This document shows positions 61,615 to 64,000 of a stretch of 64,000 bases of DNA, piece by piece (the first letter of the stretch is position 1; every line of letters starts with the position of its first letter). Position numbers and translations under genes: made by a program. Source of the DNA: Clostridiales bacterium (GTDB taxonomy: Bacteria > Bacillota > Clostridia > Christensenellales > UBA1242); assembly GCA_003522085.1 (NCBI GenBank), contig DPGI01000009.1:66483-130482 (forward strand), written 5' to 3'. Below the pieces are notes generated by a model. That model was not told the origin of the DNA, did not search any database, and saw nothing but the letters and a program-made list of their open reading frames with translations.

Positions 61615-62841
61615 TTAGGCAACCGATTTATAGTTTAATGAAGATGCGGTTACGGTTGCGGTGTATATGCCGGTGGTTCTGACTACTGAAATTTTGAACG
61701 TGTCGCCAGGACGAACTTTTAAGAAGAATTCGTTAAGTTCAAATTCGCGGCTGAGTTCAAGTTTTGTTTCGCCAAGTTGGACTGATACGACCTTGTCGCC
61801 AACTAAAAGTCCGCTAGTGAGTGCCATTCCAGAAGATTCCGTCACGATTATATCTTCTTTCATATATGTGAGTTTTGTTTCTTCGTCATATACGGCTTTG
61901 TTGTTTGCAATGCCGGTTGTGAGGCCTAAGTTGTATAATTTCACGCCAGAATATCCGCTTTTTTCATAGTTGTAAATGATGTTGTCTGCAACGTTGATTG
62001 CAAGGTTGGTTGGGATTGCCATGCCAATGTTTTGCGCGTCGTTGATGCCGGCGTTTACTATGCCAAGCAATCTTGCTTTTTCATCAAACAAGCCGCCGCC
62101 TGAGTTGCCGCCATTGATTGGCGCGTCTGTGCGAAGACATCTGACTACTACATCGTAAAAGTCTGAATATTGAATGTATTCTGATTCAACGCTGACGATT
62201 CCTTTTGTCGCGCTGATGCCTATGCCGAGTGGGTTGCCGATTGCGATTGCTGTTTCGCCAAGGTGCGCTGGGTTGGTGGCTATGTCTGCTGCACGAACGC
62301 AACTGTTTTTGATAATGTCACTGTTTGAAATCTTTAAAACCGCTATGTCATAGTTTAATGCGCCGCCCACATATTCGCAGGCGATTACTTGCTGGCCGTA
62401 GGTGATGCTTACGCTGCCGTCGCTGAGTTCGGTTGCGGTTGTGCCTTCGCTGCCATAAATTTCAGCGTAAATCTTTTTTGCAATATGGTTTGATGTTGTA
62501 TAAGATTTGTTGTAAACCACGTGATAGTTGGTGACGATGTATGCGTCGCCCGCAGCTTTGTCAAGTTTATATATTATTCCTGCGCCGGCACTGAACACTG
62601 TTTGGCTGGTGGTCGAGCCAAAGACGGACGAAGCGAGAGTGTTGCCTTCTGTGTAAATGCTTACTACGCTTAAAACCGCTTTGTTGGTGGCTTCTTCAAT
62701 GTCGGATGTTGTTATTTTGTCAACCGAAACGATTGGAGAAACGTAGGTCGTGTCGATTCCACATGCCGACATGAGCAGCGTGAAACATGGAATTAAAATC
62801 GCCATAAATATCGCAGCAAAAATCTTTTGGTGTTTTTTCAT
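61615..62841 (-). CDS. HtrA/DegP-like trypsin-fold serine protease lipoprotein with a PDZ-like C-terminus
   Basis: Lipobox LLMSAC. Catalytic triad contexts VTNYHVV, YDIAVLKI, GNSGGGLFD. The C-terminal GLLVGDKVVSV looks PDZ-like. Confidence 0.85.
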   Translation of the reverse strand: MKKHQKIFAAIFMAILIPCFTLLMSACGIDTTYVSPIVSVDKITTSDIEEATNKAVLSVVSIYTEGNTLASSVFGSTTSQTVFSAGAGIIYKLDKAAGDAYIVTNYHVVYNKSYTTSNHIAKKIYAEIYGSEGTTATELSDGSVSITYGQQVIACEYVGGALNYDIAVLKISNSDIIKNSCVRAADIATNPAHLGETAIAIGNPLGIGISATKGIVSVESEYIQYSDFYDVVVRCLRTDAPINGGNSGGGLFDEKARLLGIVNAGINDAQNIGMAIPTNLAINVADNIIYNYEKSGYSGVKLYNLGLTTGIANNKAVYDEETKLTYMKEDIIVTESSGMALTSGLLVGDKVVSVQLGETKLELSREFELNEFFLKVRPGDTFKISVVRTTGIYTATVTASSLNYKSVA

Positions 62842-62931
62842 ATAAACCTCACTTATATAAGAATAGTATAATCATTTTTCTTTTTAAAATCAACTTAATC
62901 AAATCACATGCCATTTGTTATTTAAACATGC

Positions 62932-62960
62932 TTGCAAATTTTTTTAAAAAATGATATAAT
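62932..62960 (+). promoter_or_regulatory. promoter of helD
   Basis: TTGCAA (62932-62937), 17-nt spacer, TGaTATAAT (62952-62960). Confidence 0.6.
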
Positions 62961-62989
62961 AGCACAGTTTATTTTTAGGGAGGATGAAA

Positions 62990-64000
62990 ATGCAGGAAGA
63001 AAAACGCTATTTATCCCAAGTTGAAGAAGCTATTGACGAGAATGTCAAACTGCTAACAGAAGAAAGAGATGGACAGCAGGACTTCTTTGACAAAACCAAA
63101 TCCGAGTTTACATCTTCATTTTATGAAGACGATGCAGTTATGATGTCACGCTATAAAACGACGCTGGCTGAGACTGAAAATCAAATTGAACTTTTGTCAA
63201 AACGCATCGAATCACTTAAAAAACAAAAACCAAGGCCATATTTTGCAAGAGTAGATTTTCATGACAATCAACTTGGAACAGACCAAAAAATATACATAGG
63301 TCTTTCACATATTTCTGATTCAAACAAACAATACGTTTGCGATTGGCGCGCGCCTATCAGCAGCCTTTATTATGATTATGACGAGGGCGATGCCGAATAT
63401 GAATCACCAGATGGCGAAGTAAAAGGCAAGATTACGCTTAAACGCCAATTTGGAATTTCTGATGGCAAGTTGAATTATTACGTTGACACAAAGCAAAATA
63501 TAAACGACGAAATTCTGCAACAAGTGCTAAGCAAAAATTCTTCAACCAAAATGCAAGAAATTGTTTCGACAATTCAAAAAGAGCAAAACGCTATCATACG
63601 TGAAGAAAAATTCAGAACGATTTTAGTTCAGGGTGTGGCTGGCTCGGGAAAGACAAGCATTGCATTACATAGGGCAGGATATTTGCTTTTCAAACATAAA
63701 AACGACTTTAACAGCAATGACGTTTTGATTTTGTCACCTTCAAATCTTTTTTCAAGTTATGTAAGTGAAGTTCTGCCAGAACTTGGCGAAGATAATGTTA
63801 TTGAAATGACCTTCTCACATATTGCAAAGACCGAACTGAAAAAGAAGATTCAACCGCGAGAAAAACTTATTGATGAAATTTACGCAAACAAAAATCAGAC
63901 AAAACTTAATGAAATTGCCTATAAGGCATCGTTTGAGTTTTTGAACGATTTACTTGAATTTTTAAATAAATCATATGCTTCGCTTTTTGATCCAAAAGAC
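62990..64000 (+). CDS. helD: HelD-type (helicase IV / UvrD-like) ATPase, N-terminal 337 codons (runs off the right edge)
   Basis: GGGAGG RBS. N-terminal coiled segment, then PYFARVDF...IYIGL...DWRAPISSLYYD and Walker A VQGVAGSGKTSIALHRAGYLL, the typical HelD layout. Confidence 0.85.
   Translation, partial: MQEEKRYLSQVEEAIDENVKLLTEERDGQQDFFDKTKSEFTSSFYEDDAVMMSRYKTTLAETENQIELLSKRIESLKKQKPRPYFARVDFHDNQLGTDQKIYIGLSHISDSNKQYVCDWRAPISSLYYDYDEGDAEYESPDGEVKGKITLKRQFGISDGKLNYYVDTKQNINDEILQQVLSKNSSTKMQEIVSTIQKEQNAIIREEKFRTILVQGVAGSGKTSIALHRAGYLLFKHKNDFNSNDVLILSPSNLFSSYVSEVLPELGEDNVIEMTFSHIAKTELKKKIQPREKLIDEIYANKNQTKLNEIAYKASFEFLNDLLEFLNKSYASLFDPKD

Noticed and set aside
1-64000. Alternative genetic code (TGA=Trp, as in Mollicutes), considered because of low GC and giant surface genes
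   Set aside because: TGA is used as a genuine stop at well-defined gene ends (for example 28832-28834 and 35786-35788). Conserved proteins translate full-length with the standard code, using TGG for Trp.
1-64000. Prophage, transposon or integrative element
   Set aside because: I found no integrase, transposase, recombinase, terminal inverted repeats of IS type or phage structural genes. Only indirect island hints exist (lone tRNA-Ser with orphan small genes; the GC island with a 9-bp repeat), and these are reported separately.

Overview
AT-rich chromosomal segment that looks like an anaerobic Bacillota (Firmicutes), judged from T-box leaders, single-chain GlyRS, HelD, a PASTA-containing PBP, rubrerythrin and class III RNR. 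Standard genetic code. It spans the replication origin. The left arm (1-5715) is entirely on the minus strand: asnS (partial), aspS behind a T-box, a two-gene HipA-like kinase module, and recF. Next come dnaA, a dnaA-dnaN spacer with oriC hallmarks, and dnaN. Unusually, rpmH-rnpA-yidC-jag-mnmE-mnmG-rsmG-parA-parB follow on the same strand and end in two tandem parS palindromes. From 17-32 kb the content is accessory-like: rubrerythrin, a SIMPL protein, a Doc-type Fic protein with a degenerate motif, an NrdD gene with a fused redoxin coupled to an atypical TrxR-like gene, an XRE regulator, nrdG, dut, small membrane and wHTH-like genes, and one tRNA-Ser(GCU). From 32-44 kb lies a dcw-type cluster (rsmH ... 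FtsL-position gene, class B PBP). It has a 955-aa CvpA-domain protein where mraZ normally sits, and about 5 kb of lipoprotein/SpoU genes inserted. From 45-64 kb: glyQS with a T-box, an ABC-F ATPase, a monocistronic 3537-aa N-anchored surface protein gene, cls, an HD protein, an HtrA-like protease and helD (partial). I saw no rRNA, CRISPR array, transposase or integrase. The items most worth follow-up are: the NrdD-redoxin/TrxR-like module; the inverted split HipA-like pair beside recF; the giant orphan surface protein; and several GC-rich structured non-coding elements (a perfect four-way junction ending in U8, a degenerate tandem GC island bracketed by a 9-bp direct repeat, and two related bulged hairpins). 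All calls come from reading the sequence and motif memory. No database search was run.
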